Below the pieces are notes generated by a model. The model was not told where the DNA came from, did not search any database, and saw only the letters and a program-made list of their open reading frames with translations. DNA of 64,000 bases from Thermodesulfobacteriota bacterium (lineage in GTDB: Bacteria > Desulfobacterota > Syntrophorhabdia > Syntrophorhabdales > JANXAF01), in the NCBI GenBank assembly GCA_025062045.1, contig JANXAF010000002.1:6765-70764 (forward strand). Direction: 5' to 3'. A program made the translations under genes and the position numbers. Each line of letters opens with the position of its first letter. Position 1 is the first letter of the stretch. Shown here one piece after another: positions 30,523 through 39,350 of the stretch.

Positions 30523-31052
30523 CAATACCAAATGCGCTTTCTCTCTTTAGGCTCGTAGCCACTTTTTTCTTTATCTTTTTCGTAACTAAAGAAATGTTCG
30601 GTTTTGCCTTCACAATCTTTTTGCTACAGGCACTCAGCGACCTTGCGGATGGTCTTATAGCAAGGAGGTTTGGATTTAAAACCCTTATGGGTACTTATCT
30701 AGATCCGATAGCTGATAAGTTCATGCTCCTTTCAACCTATTTGATCCTGACTTACAAAAGTATGGTCCCAAAATGGCTAACTTTCATCGTCCTTTTCAAG
30801 GATTTTCTCATTCTTTTGGGATTCTTCACTCTATATAATTTTTCTGTGCGAATAGTTCCAAACCCAAGACCTTTAGGTAAGATATGTACTGCTTCCCAGA
30901 TGGTGGCTATCGCATATCTTCTCTGGGCAGGAACCGAAGGTTATGTTGACTACTTTTTTTACGCAACCGCCATTTGCACAGTTCTTTCTACGTTTGATTA
31001 TTTCTTCTCTGGCCTTTTTCTTTATGCGAAATATAGACTCAATAAAGGGTGA
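30519..31052 (+). CDS. CDP-alcohol phosphatidyltransferase family protein
   Basis: It has the D-G-x2-A-R-x8-G-x3-D-x3-D motif (DLADGLIARRFGFKTLMGTYLDPIADK) and is a 177-aa membrane protein. Confidence 0.8.
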   Translation: MTIPNALSLFRLVATFFFIFFVTKEMFGFAFTIFLLQALSDLADGLIARRFGFKTLMGTYLDPIADKFMLLSTYLILTYKSMVPKWLTFIVLFKDFLILLGFFTLYNFSVRIVPNPRPLGKICTASQMVAIAYLLWAGTEGYVDYFFYATAICTVLSTFDYFFSGLFLYAKYRLNKG

Positions 31053-31058
31053 ACGGGT

Positions 31059-32222
31059 TTATAATTTTAGGACGAAGAAGCTTGCAAGGGTCACAATTAT
31101 TCCAAGGAGCTTTATTCCCAAAGCAAAAGTGAAGTGATCTCCAAAAAATCCTAAAATATAGGGAATAATCCCTATCCCAAAAGCAGAGGCTATCGAGACA
31201 ACAAATCCCATTGCGAATGCTCTCTTCTCCAAAGGAAAGATCCGAGAACTCAAAACGAAACATAAAGGAAACATCCCAGAGATCAGGGTGGCCTGCAGGA
31301 AAAGAACGTACTGCATGACATCCCAAGAAAAAAACGGGCACGAAAAAGTAAGAATCCCTGAGCTAAAGAGGATAAAAAAGAGTAGTCTTTTTATGTCGAA
31401 AAATTCTAAAAGAAAACCCACCGTAAAAGAAAAGACAAAGGCACCTATCCTTGTGTAACCTAGTATTTTCTGTGCAAGGGAGATTTCGAGCGTAAGTTCC
31501 TTTGAAAGATAAAGGGGCAGTATATAGTAGAGCCCCATGTTCCCGCCGGCTGCGACAACGAGAATGAGACTTATTATCCATAAAGTTCTGTTTCTAACTA
31601 TTTCCGAGAAGATTCTTTTCGTATCCTTCTTTTCAACTTTTATCTCCTCGACCTCCTTTGTGATTAGGTAGAATAAAATACTTGCCAAGGCGAAAACCAC
31701 AGCCAAAATGATGAAAACGCCTCTCCAAGAGGTGTGTTTCAAAAGGTAGTAAGCTATAAAAGGGGCAAGTAAAATACTTGCGGAGGCTGCCGAATCGTGG
31801 ATGGGAATCACCTTTTCCCAAAGGCGTTCATCATAAATCTTGGTGATAAGCGAGATTGAAGATGGTAGATAGATACCAGCTGTGAATCCAAGCCCAAATA
31901 GCAAAGGATATAAAAGAAAGAAGAAGCTATTGAAAGAAAGGAGAGTAAGGAAAAACGCATTGAATATGAAAGAGATAAGTATCGATTTCTTATGGCCTAT
32001 CGCACCTGAGTAAATACCCATTAGAAAAAGGGCAATCCCATTTCCTATCGATATGGAAGCGAAAAGGCCTCCCGCCAAGGTATGCGAGATTTTGAACTCG
32101 TCTTCCAAGATAGGAGCTAGAGGGGCTAAAACTGTTCTACAGGTGAAGATGAGAAACCAAAAAAGCCAAAAAAGTATAAGGTATGCTATTGAGGTGAGAT
32201 CGAATTTCCAAAAGCTTTTCAT
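31059..32222 (-). CDS. MFS transporter
   Basis: It has about 12 TM segments over 387 aa and is divergent from the iorA operon. Confidence 0.8.
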   Translation of the reverse strand: MKSFWKFDLTSIAYLILFWLFWFLIFTCRTVLAPLAPILEDEFKISHTLAGGLFASISIGNGIALFLMGIYSGAIGHKKSILISFIFNAFFLTLLSFNSFFFLLYPLLFGLGFTAGIYLPSSISLITKIYDERLWEKVIPIHDSAASASILLAPFIAYYLLKHTSWRGVFIILAVVFALASILFYLITKEVEEIKVEKKDTKRIFSEIVRNRTLWIISLILVVAAGGNMGLYYILPLYLSKELTLEISLAQKILGYTRIGAFVFSFTVGFLLEFFDIKRLLFFILFSSGILTFSCPFFSWDVMQYVLFLQATLISGMFPLCFVLSSRIFPLEKRAFAMGFVVSIASAFGIGIIPYILGFFGDHFTFALGIKLLGIIVTLASFFVLKL

Positions 32223-32281
32223 TCCTGTTTTAAGACCATGTTCAGACTAACATATGTAAACTTTGCAATTCCAGTTTTTTA

Positions 32282-32337
32282 TTGACAAAAGAGCCCAAGT
32301 TACGTAGAAAGATAATGGGGCTTAGAACAAAGTTCTA
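32282..32337 (+). promoter_or_regulatory. Candidate iorA-operon promoter (TTGACA-N17-TAGAAA) with a perfect 6-3-6 palindrome just downstream
   Basis: TTGACA lies at 32282-32287 and TAGAAA at 32305-32310. The palindrome TAGAAC-AAA-GTTCTA lies at 32323-32337, and a GGGAGG SD precedes the ATG at 32358. Confidence 0.4.
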
Positions 32338-32357
32338 TACACAAAACGGGAGGAAAG

Positions 32358-34178
32358 ATGCGTAGAATCATGCAGGGAAACGAAGCCATAGCAAGGGGCG
32401 CCTACGAGGCAGGGGTTATCGTTGGCTGCGCCTATCCTGGAACCCCAAGTAGCGAGATTTTAGATGCTTTATCTAAGTACGATGGAGTTTATGCGGAATG
32501 GTCGCCCAATGAGAAAGTAGCAATTGAGGTTTGCCACGGAGCTTCGATTGCGGGCGGCCGGGCCATAGCATGCATGAAACACGTTGGACTTAACGTAGCA
32601 TCTGATCCATTCATGACCATCTCCTACACAGGGGTTAAAGGAGGGTTTGTGGTTGTAGTTGCCGACGATCCTGGCCAGCACAGTTCTCAAAACGAGCAGG
32701 ACAGTAGAAACTGGGCTAGGTTTGCAAAAGTGCCAATGCTCGAACCATCCGATGCACAGGAGTGCAAGGATTTCACAAAGCTGGCATTCGATATAAGCGA
32801 GGAGTTCGACACCGTTGTGCTTATAAGGAGTGAGACGAGGGTATCCCATAGTTATTCTTTAGTCGAACTGGGTGAAAGGAATGTTGTAAGACAAGAGTTC
32901 AATTTAAAGAAGGAGGATACGCCGAAGTACACCATGATACCCGCTTTCGCAAGAAAGCGAAGGATAGAGGTCAAAAACCGGATGGAGAGACTGAAAGTTT
33001 ATGCGGATACAACTTTCCCTTTCAACGTTGTCGAGATAAACGATCCCGAAATTGGATTTATAACATCTGGAGTTTCGTATCTCTACACAAAGGAGGTCTT
33101 TCCGGAATATTCTTTTCTTAAGCTTGGTATGGTTTGGCCGCTCCCTTTAAGGCTCATTGAAAATTTTATAAAAAAGGTGAAAAAGGTCATAGTTGTTGAA
33201 GAACTCGATCCTTTCTTGGAGACTGAAATAAAAGCCATGGGATTTAAGGTCTCCCACGGAAAGGATCTACTACCGGAAATAGGGGAGTTCACGCCTGATA
33301 TCATAGAGGAAAGTCTAAGAAGAGTTATAAAAAAGAAAGCCTTAAAAAAACCGAAAGAAAGGCTCGACGTTTCAGATCTGCCGCCTAGACCGCCCAACAT
33401 GTGCGCCGGATGTCCCCACCGTCCTATGTTCTACATTCTCAAAAAACTCGATCTTTTCGTTTTCGGCGATATCGGTTGTTACGGTCTTGGCGCATCTAAA
33501 CCCCTCTCCGCTATGCACATGTCAACATGCATGGGCGCGGGTGTTGGTGGTGCCTATGGCGCAGGAAAGGTACTAAAGGAAGGATGGCTTGGGAAGATAT
33601 GTGCGGTGATTGGCGATTCCACGTTTTTACACTCTGGGATTCCCCCTCTTATGGATGCGGTTTATAACAAGGGTTATTCCACAACGATTATACTTGACAA
33701 TAGAATTACGGCTATGACAGGCCAACAGGAACATCCCGGGACAGGGTACACTATCAGGGGAGAACCTACACATGCCGTTGACTATGAGGCTTTAGTCCGA
33801 GCTCTGGGCGTGAAGCATGTAAGGAAGGTCGATCCGTATAAAATTAAGGAGACGATGGAGACAATAAAGGAAGAGGTTGAAAGAAACGAAGCCTCAGTGA
33901 TAATAACAGTTAACAGTCCGTGCATGCTTTTGAGAAGGGAAAGACCGAAGGAAAGGTTTCTCTATAAATTTTACACCGTTGATGAAAATTTTTGCAGAGG
34001 CTGTAAAGCCTGTCTCGAGCTTGGCTGTCCGGCGTTAAGCTGGAAACCGAATCTCGACAAGAAAAAGGGGGTCGCCTTTATAGTTGAGGATCAATGTGTG
34101 GGATGTAGTGTCTGTGCCCAGGTGTGTAGATTTGAAGCGATAAAACCGGGAATTATAAACACACCGAAAGATGCCTAA
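32358..34178 (+). CDS. iorA: Indolepyruvate/arylpyruvate:ferredoxin oxidoreductase alpha subunit (no adjacent beta subunit)
   Basis: It has the N-terminus QGNEAIARGAYEAGVIVGCAYPGTPSSEI, a TPP-binding region GDIGCY...GDSTFLHSG, and two C-terminal CxxCxxCxxxC motifs. Its length is 606 aa. Confidence 0.85.
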   Translation: MRRIMQGNEAIARGAYEAGVIVGCAYPGTPSSEILDALSKYDGVYAEWSPNEKVAIEVCHGASIAGGRAIACMKHVGLNVASDPFMTISYTGVKGGFVVVVADDPGQHSSQNEQDSRNWARFAKVPMLEPSDAQECKDFTKLAFDISEEFDTVVLIRSETRVSHSYSLVELGERNVVRQEFNLKKEDTPKYTMIPAFARKRRIEVKNRMERLKVYADTTFPFNVVEINDPEIGFITSGVSYLYTKEVFPEYSFLKLGMVWPLPLRLIENFIKKVKKVIVVEELDPFLETEIKAMGFKVSHGKDLLPEIGEFTPDIIEESLRRVIKKKALKKPKERLDVSDLPPRPPNMCAGCPHRPMFYILKKLDLFVFGDIGCYGLGASKPLSAMHMSTCMGAGVGGAYGAGKVLKEGWLGKICAVIGDSTFLHSGIPPLMDAVYNKGYSTTIILDNRITAMTGQQEHPGTGYTIRGEPTHAVDYEALVRALGVKHVRKVDPYKIKETMETIKEEVERNEASVIITVNSPCMLLRRERPKERFLYKFYTVDENFCRGCKACLELGCPALSWKPNLDKKKGVAFIVEDQCVGCSVCAQVCRFEAIKPGIINTPKDA

Positions 34179-34986
34179 AAAAGGATCGTCTCCAGAGTAT
34201 ACACAAACTGTGCCAGCTGTCGACCAAGCACTTAGAATACTATTTTTTATGGCAAAAAGCCCCCATCCAAAGCTCTCTTTAACAGAGATATGTAAGGGTG
34301 TGGGGATCCATAAGAGCAAGGGCTACTCTATTTTGAATACCCTCATAAAATATGGGCTTGTCTCTAAGGATACGGAGGATAAACAGTACACATTAGGTCT
34401 TGGGCTTCTTTCTCTCTCTAGAAAGGTCATTGAGGATTTAGATTTGAGAAAACTTTCTCTTCCATACCTGGAAAAAATAGCAGCTATCACAAAAAAGACA
34501 GCCATTTTTGGAATCATTTTCGGGGAGAACCTCGTTGTTGTTGCAAAAAAAGAAACGGAAAACCCAATAAACGTCACTATAAGGCTTGGCTCCAACTTCC
34601 ATGTGACTTACGGTGCCCACGGAAGGGCAATAGCGGCTTTCCTTGGCGAAAAGGAGCTAAACTCGCTACTTAAAAGAAAGAAAATTTACTTTTTCGGGAG
34701 TCCTTCGAATTTTGACAAAAAAAGGTTCGAAGACGAGTTGCAAAAGTGTAGGCTTAAGGGGTATGCTTGCGATATAGGAGAACTATACCCCGGTATCTCT
34801 GCCATTGCCGTGCCTGTTTTCAGTTCCAAAATGAGCGTGATTGGAGTCTTCATTGTCCTCGGGGCGTACGGCGAAGACAAAGTAGAAGAGTATGGAAAGG
34901 TACTCCTTGAATGTGCAAAAGAGTTCTCATTAAGTCTAGGAGCTGATCCAAAACTCACATACGATAAATACAAAAAAGGAGATTGA
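34171..34986 (+). CDS. IclR-family transcriptional regulator
   Basis: It has an N-terminal wHTH (LSLTEICKGVGIHKSKGYSILNTL) and a C-terminal IclR effector domain. It overlaps the iorA stop by 8 bp. Confidence 0.85.
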   Translation: MPKKGSSPEYTQTVPAVDQALRILFFMAKSPHPKLSLTEICKGVGIHKSKGYSILNTLIKYGLVSKDTEDKQYTLGLGLLSLSRKVIEDLDLRKLSLPYLEKIAAITKKTAIFGIIFGENLVVVAKKETENPINVTIRLGSNFHVTYGAHGRAIAAFLGEKELNSLLKRKKIYFFGSPSNFDKKRFEDELQKCRLKGYACDIGELYPGISAIAVPVFSSKMSVIGVFIVLGAYGEDKVEEYGKVLLECAKEFSLSLGADPKLTYDKYKKGD

Positions 34987-34989
34987 CGC

Positions 34990-37416
34990 ATGGATGAGAA
35001 GGAAATTCAAGCTATTAGAACAACAACTTGGTCGGCCGGACCAGGTTGTCACGGCGGTTGTGGCGTAATCGCGTATGTCAAGGATGGTAGGCTTTTAAAG
35101 ATTGAGGGTGACCCAAGCCACCCCTGGAATCAGGGAAGATTATGTGCGCGTGCTTTGGCTATGAAGCAGTACATCGAGCATCCAAAAAGACTGAGAAAAC
35201 CTCTTCTACGGAAAGGAAAAAGAGGGGAGGGAGTCTGGGAGGAGATATCTTGGGATTTTGCGTTCGACTTCATAGAGGAAAGGATGAAAAAAATTAGAGA
35301 GGAGTCCGGGCCTGAAAGTTTCATATTTGCTATGGGAACGGGCAGGGATATAGGCCCTTGGATCTCAATGCTTGCATATGCATACGGAAGTCCGAATGTC
35401 ATGTTTGCTTTGAGCGGAAACGCTTGTTACAGCCCTAGGATTGCTGCTCTTGATACTTTTCAGGGCGATTACTGTGTTTTTGACGCGGGTCAATGGTTTG
35501 AAAAGAGGTATGACGATCCAAGATTCGTTCTTCCTCAATGCATGATAATTTGGGGTTACAACATTCATGCCACATGTCCCGACAATCTGTTTGGCCATTG
35601 GATAGTAGACATGATGAAGCGAGGCACAAAGATAATAGTTATAGATCCGAGGTTCACCTGGTTTTCATCTAGGGCTGAGATCTGGCTACCTGTAAGACCT
35701 GGTACTGATTCGGCACTGGCTATGGGACTACTCTACGTTATATTAGATGAGGGACTGTTAGATTATGAATTCCTTAAAGAATGGACAAACGCCTCTTTGC
35801 TTTTGAAAAAAGACAAAGATCAGCTCCTTCGTGAAAGCGATATCTATCCGGATGGAAAAAGAGAAAACTTTCTAGTCTGGGATGAAGAGGCTAAAAGGGT
35901 TTCGGTCTGGGATACGGAAGAGCTCTGTTATAGGCCTCAAGCATCAAAAGTGGCAATCTCCTGCGAAATTTCTCTTTTGGATTTAAACGGCAAGGAGATA
36001 AAGTGCCATACCGTATGGGATGCTTTCCAAAAAAGGGTAAAAGAGTACGATCCAAAGACCGTTGAAGGTATAACTGGCGTGCCGGCAAGCGACACAGTGA
36101 GAGCGGCTAGACTCTATGCCAAAAGCAAACCCGCCTCCATCCACTGGGGTGTACCGATAGACATGACTCCAAACGTAACACCCCTTTGTCACGCAATCGC
36201 GTGTCTTTGGGCTTTGACGGGCAATCTTGATGTTCCGGGAGGTAATGTTATTGCAAGATTCGCGTTTGACTGTGTCGCCTATGCTCTGCCCGGTTCGGAA
36301 GGGGTAATAAAACTTAAAACCAAAAAGCAGGATCTATTAAGGATCGGGAGTAATAGGTTCGGCCCTTTTCAGAAATTCATATGGAGATGTCAAACTGATA
36401 GTGCCTTCGAGCAGATATTTACCGGGAAGCCTTATCCAATAAGGGGAATGTGGATCCAGGCTTGTAACCCTCTTGCAGGGATCGGAATGGATCCTAAAAG
36501 GTGGCTTGAAGCATTTTTACGGCTCGATTTTATTGTAGGTGTGGATCTTTTTATGACTCCGACTTTAATGTACGCTGACATAGTTTTGCCTTCCGCAACA
36601 TTTTTAGAAAAAAATGGAATAAGATCATGGTGGGTTCCGCTCCAAAGCATAAATAAAGCGCTAACGATCGATGATTGCAAACCCGACATCGAGATAAACT
36701 TTGAACTGGCGAAAAGATTCGACCCAGAGTTCAAATGGAAGACGGTGGAGGAGCTTTTCGACGATATACTTAAGCCATCGGGACTTACCTATAAAGAACT
36801 TCAAAATAAAGTATGGGTATTTCCCCCCGAGGGTCATCCAAGCCATCCGTATTTTCGTTATAAGAGGGGGCTTTTACGAAAGGACGGAAAGAAAGGATTT
36901 CAAACACCTACTGGCAGATTTGAACTTTACTCTGTCCTCCGTGAAGATTGGGGATACGAGCCATTGCCGCTTCACGAAGAACCCCCTTTTAGCCCTTCAT
37001 CCCAACCGGACCTTGCGAAAGAATATCCTTTGGTCCTTTCTACGGGGAGGAGATCTCCCGTTTATTTCCACAGCGAACATAGAATGATTCCACATCTTCG
37101 CATTTTAGAGCCCGATCCAATTGTGGAGATTCATCCTGAGACCGCAAAAAAGTACGGTATCTCTGATGGAGAATGGGTCTACGTCGAAAACTGGATGGGA
37201 AAAGCGAAATTCAGGGCGAAGGTCACACCAATAGTCCCAAAATGGATGGTTATGGCGACCCATGGCTGGTGGTTCCCTGAAAGAAAGGCTGAAGAGCCTG
37301 AGCTTTTTGGAGTTTGGGAGTCGAATATAAATCTTCTCATCCCAATGGGCTATAACGGAAAGGACGGTCTTGGAGCTCCAATAAAGCATCTACTTTGTAA
37401 AATTTACAGGGCCTAA
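34990..37416 (+). CDS. Cytoplasmic molybdo/tungstopterin oxidoreductase, acetylene-hydratase/transhydroxylase-like branch of the DMSO-reductase family
   Basis: It has no Tat or signal peptide. Its N-terminus is TTTWSAGPGCHGGCGVIAYVKDGRLLKIEGDP, it has MGD-binding segments, and its C-terminal beta-barrel reads EYPLVLSTGRR...DPIVEIHPETAKKYGISDGEWVYVEN. Its length is 808 aa. Confidence 0.85.
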   Translation: MDEKEIQAIRTTTWSAGPGCHGGCGVIAYVKDGRLLKIEGDPSHPWNQGRLCARALAMKQYIEHPKRLRKPLLRKGKRGEGVWEEISWDFAFDFIEERMKKIREESGPESFIFAMGTGRDIGPWISMLAYAYGSPNVMFALSGNACYSPRIAALDTFQGDYCVFDAGQWFEKRYDDPRFVLPQCMIIWGYNIHATCPDNLFGHWIVDMMKRGTKIIVIDPRFTWFSSRAEIWLPVRPGTDSALAMGLLYVILDEGLLDYEFLKEWTNASLLLKKDKDQLLRESDIYPDGKRENFLVWDEEAKRVSVWDTEELCYRPQASKVAISCEISLLDLNGKEIKCHTVWDAFQKRVKEYDPKTVEGITGVPASDTVRAARLYAKSKPASIHWGVPIDMTPNVTPLCHAIACLWALTGNLDVPGGNVIARFAFDCVAYALPGSEGVIKLKTKKQDLLRIGSNRFGPFQKFIWRCQTDSAFEQIFTGKPYPIRGMWIQACNPLAGIGMDPKRWLEAFLRLDFIVGVDLFMTPTLMYADIVLPSATFLEKNGIRSWWVPLQSINKALTIDDCKPDIEINFELAKRFDPEFKWKTVEELFDDILKPSGLTYKELQNKVWVFPPEGHPSHPYFRYKRGLLRKDGKKGFQTPTGRFELYSVLREDWGYEPLPLHEEPPFSPSSQPDLAKEYPLVLSTGRRSPVYFHSEHRMIPHLRILEPDPIVEIHPETAKKYGISDGEWVYVENWMGKAKFRAKVTPIVPKWMVMATHGWWFPERKAEEPELFGVWESNINLLIPMGYNGKDGLGAPIKHLLCKIYRA

Positions 37417-37429
37417 AAAGGAGAGTCCT

Positions 37430-37771
37430 ATGGAAGACAAGGATATATACGGAATCCTTATAGATTACGAGTACTGTACCGGTTGCTACACCTGCGTTGT
37501 GGCCTGCGCTCAGGAATACGGATACGAGCCTGGAGTTTCCGGCATGAGGGTTATGGAAATCGTAGAAAAGCTTCCCAATGAGAAGTATTATCTGGTCTAT
37601 CTTCCCTTTCCCACAGAAGTCTGTACGCTATGTATAGGGAGGGTAAGGAGGGGGCTCGAACCACAGTGTGTGAAGCACTGTATGTCCAGATGTCTGGATT
37701 TTGGACCTTTAGAGAGTCTTATAAAAAAAATGAAGGAGAAGAAAAGGACTGTTCTTTTTAGACCCAGGTAG
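37430..37771 (+). CDS. Mini ferredoxin-type subunit (two predicted [4Fe-4S] clusters) of the molybdopterin enzyme
   Basis: It has CTGCYTCVVAC plus CTLC...CVKHC, which is a DmsB/NrfC-like layout cut down to 113 aa. It has an AGGAG SD and sits 13 bp after the large subunit. Confidence 0.7.
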   Translation: MEDKDIYGILIDYEYCTGCYTCVVACAQEYGYEPGVSGMRVMEIVEKLPNEKYYLVYLPFPTEVCTLCIGRVRRGLEPQCVKHCMSRCLDFGPLESLIKKMKEKKRTVLFRPR

Positions 37772-37783
37772 CGAATTCGTTTC

Positions 37784-39346
37784 CTAGTTTCGAAGTTTAT
37801 ACCTTACGAGCTTGCCTGTTACCGTTCTAGGAAGCTCTTCCACAAAGGCTATAGATTTGGGAACTTTAAAATGGGCTATTTTTGCCTTTACGTGTTCAAT
37901 AATCTCTCTTTCTAAGTCATCGCTAGGTCTATATCCTTCATTTAAAACGACAAAAGCCTTAATTTTTATGAGACCTTCCTCAGATGGCACCCCTCCTACA
38001 CCACACTCTTTCACCGCTGGATGTTCCATCAGCGCATTTTCTACTTCCAGAGGGGATACCCATTGCCCACTTACTTTTAACATATCGTCTGCTCTTCCCT
38101 GATAGTAGAAGTATCCATCTTCGTCCATGAGAAAGAGGTCCCCGGTATTAAACCATTCACCTTTTATCACCTCTTTATTCTTATCGTGCCTCCTCCAATA
38201 ACCGGGGGTGACCCCATCGTTCTTTATCCATAACGTACCTACACTTCCCTGTTTTACCGGTAAGCCATCATCGCCCCTTAGTTCTCCTTCAAATCCCTGG
38301 ATAATCTTTCCACTCGATCCCGGTTTTCTTTTTCCTTCTTTATTTGCCATGTAGATTCCGCCAACATCGGTACTACCAACTCCGTCTATTATCTCGAGAG
38401 AAAATCTTCTCTCCCATTTTTCGAATATCTCTTTGGGGAGTGGCTCCCCCGCTGAAACACACGCTCTTATCGAAGAGAAGTCACAAAAACCTCTTTTTTC
38501 GACTTGCTTCAAAATAGCATTGTAAAATGTAGGCACACTAAAAAAGATGGAGGGCCTTTTAGTCTCGATAAGCTCTATTATATCTTCTGGTCTCGGCCAT
38601 TTTGGCCAAAGTATGACTGACGCTCCATACAAAAGAGGTATCTCCAAGGAAGCATTTCTCCCGTAAGAGAAGAACATTTTGGATGTGGCAAATATGACGT
38701 CTTTTTCAGTTATGCCCAGTATAAGCTCCGCAAATGGCGGTATATAGTAACATATGTCGTGGTGGAGATGGATAACACCTTTCGGCACCCCTGTAGTTCC
38801 AGAAGTATACATCCAGAATGCCATGTCGTCTTTGGATGTGGTTTCAACTTGAAGCTCGGATGAGCCTTTTGATATAAGCTCAGAATAGTTTATGGTTCCT
38901 TTTTCGGATCCTCCGACTATTATTACGTGTTTTAGGGAGGGCACCTCTTTTTTTATTTCACGGATTTTTTCGTAATGTTCAAAATTAACAAAAAGGGCTT
39001 TTGATCTCGAATCGGAGGCGAAGAAAACGTAATCTTTCGGCTGGGCGAGCGTGTTCACAGGACAAGGGACGGCTCCTATCTTCATCGATGCAAGATAGGC
39101 AGTTATGAATTCGGGGGAATCGTTAAGAATGATGAGGATCCTATCTTCGGGTTCTATCCCTAAATTTTTTAGGCTGTTTCCGAGTCTATTAACGGACAGA
39201 TAAAGATCAGCGTAGGTTATTCCTTGATCTCCATAGTAGATAGCGACATTTCCTCCCCTTTCTTCCCTTATATGCCTTTCGAGGAGTAGATCAACCTGGT
39301 TAAAAAAATCTGGAACTTTGTAGTCCAGAAGGGAGATGCGCCCCAT
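37784..39346 (-). CDS. Aromatic acid-CoA ligase of the benzoate/4-hydroxybenzoate-CoA ligase family
   Basis: It has the AMP-binding motif YTSGTTGVPKG and the terminal PRTVTGKL. The N-terminal block ILNDSPEFITAYLASMKIGAVPCPVNTLAQPKDYVFFASDSRSKALFV resembles benzoate-CoA ligases. Confidence 0.8.
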   Translation of the reverse strand: MGRISLLDYKVPDFFNQVDLLLERHIREERGGNVAIYYGDQGITYADLYLSVNRLGNSLKNLGIEPEDRILIILNDSPEFITAYLASMKIGAVPCPVNTLAQPKDYVFFASDSRSKALFVNFEHYEKIREIKKEVPSLKHVIIVGGSEKGTINYSELISKGSSELQVETTSKDDMAFWMYTSGTTGVPKGVIHLHHDICYYIPPFAELILGITEKDVIFATSKMFFSYGRNASLEIPLLYGASVILWPKWPRPEDIIELIETKRPSIFFSVPTFYNAILKQVEKRGFCDFSSIRACVSAGEPLPKEIFEKWERRFSLEIIDGVGSTDVGGIYMANKEGKRKPGSSGKIIQGFEGELRGDDGLPVKQGSVGTLWIKNDGVTPGYWRRHDKNKEVIKGEWFNTGDLFLMDEDGYFYYQGRADDMLKVSGQWVSPLEVENALMEHPAVKECGVGGVPSEEGLIKIKAFVVLNEGYRPSDDLEREIIEHVKAKIAHFKVPKSIAFVEELPRTVTGKLVRYKLRN

Positions 39347-39350
39347 CTTT

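Noticed and set aside
34035-34319. A search for a missing iorB near iorA, including the 94-aa minus-strand ORF
   Set aside because: The minus-strand ORF is antisense to the iorA/iclR junction and has no IorB-like sequence. No IorB-like ORF of about 190 aa exists in this window.
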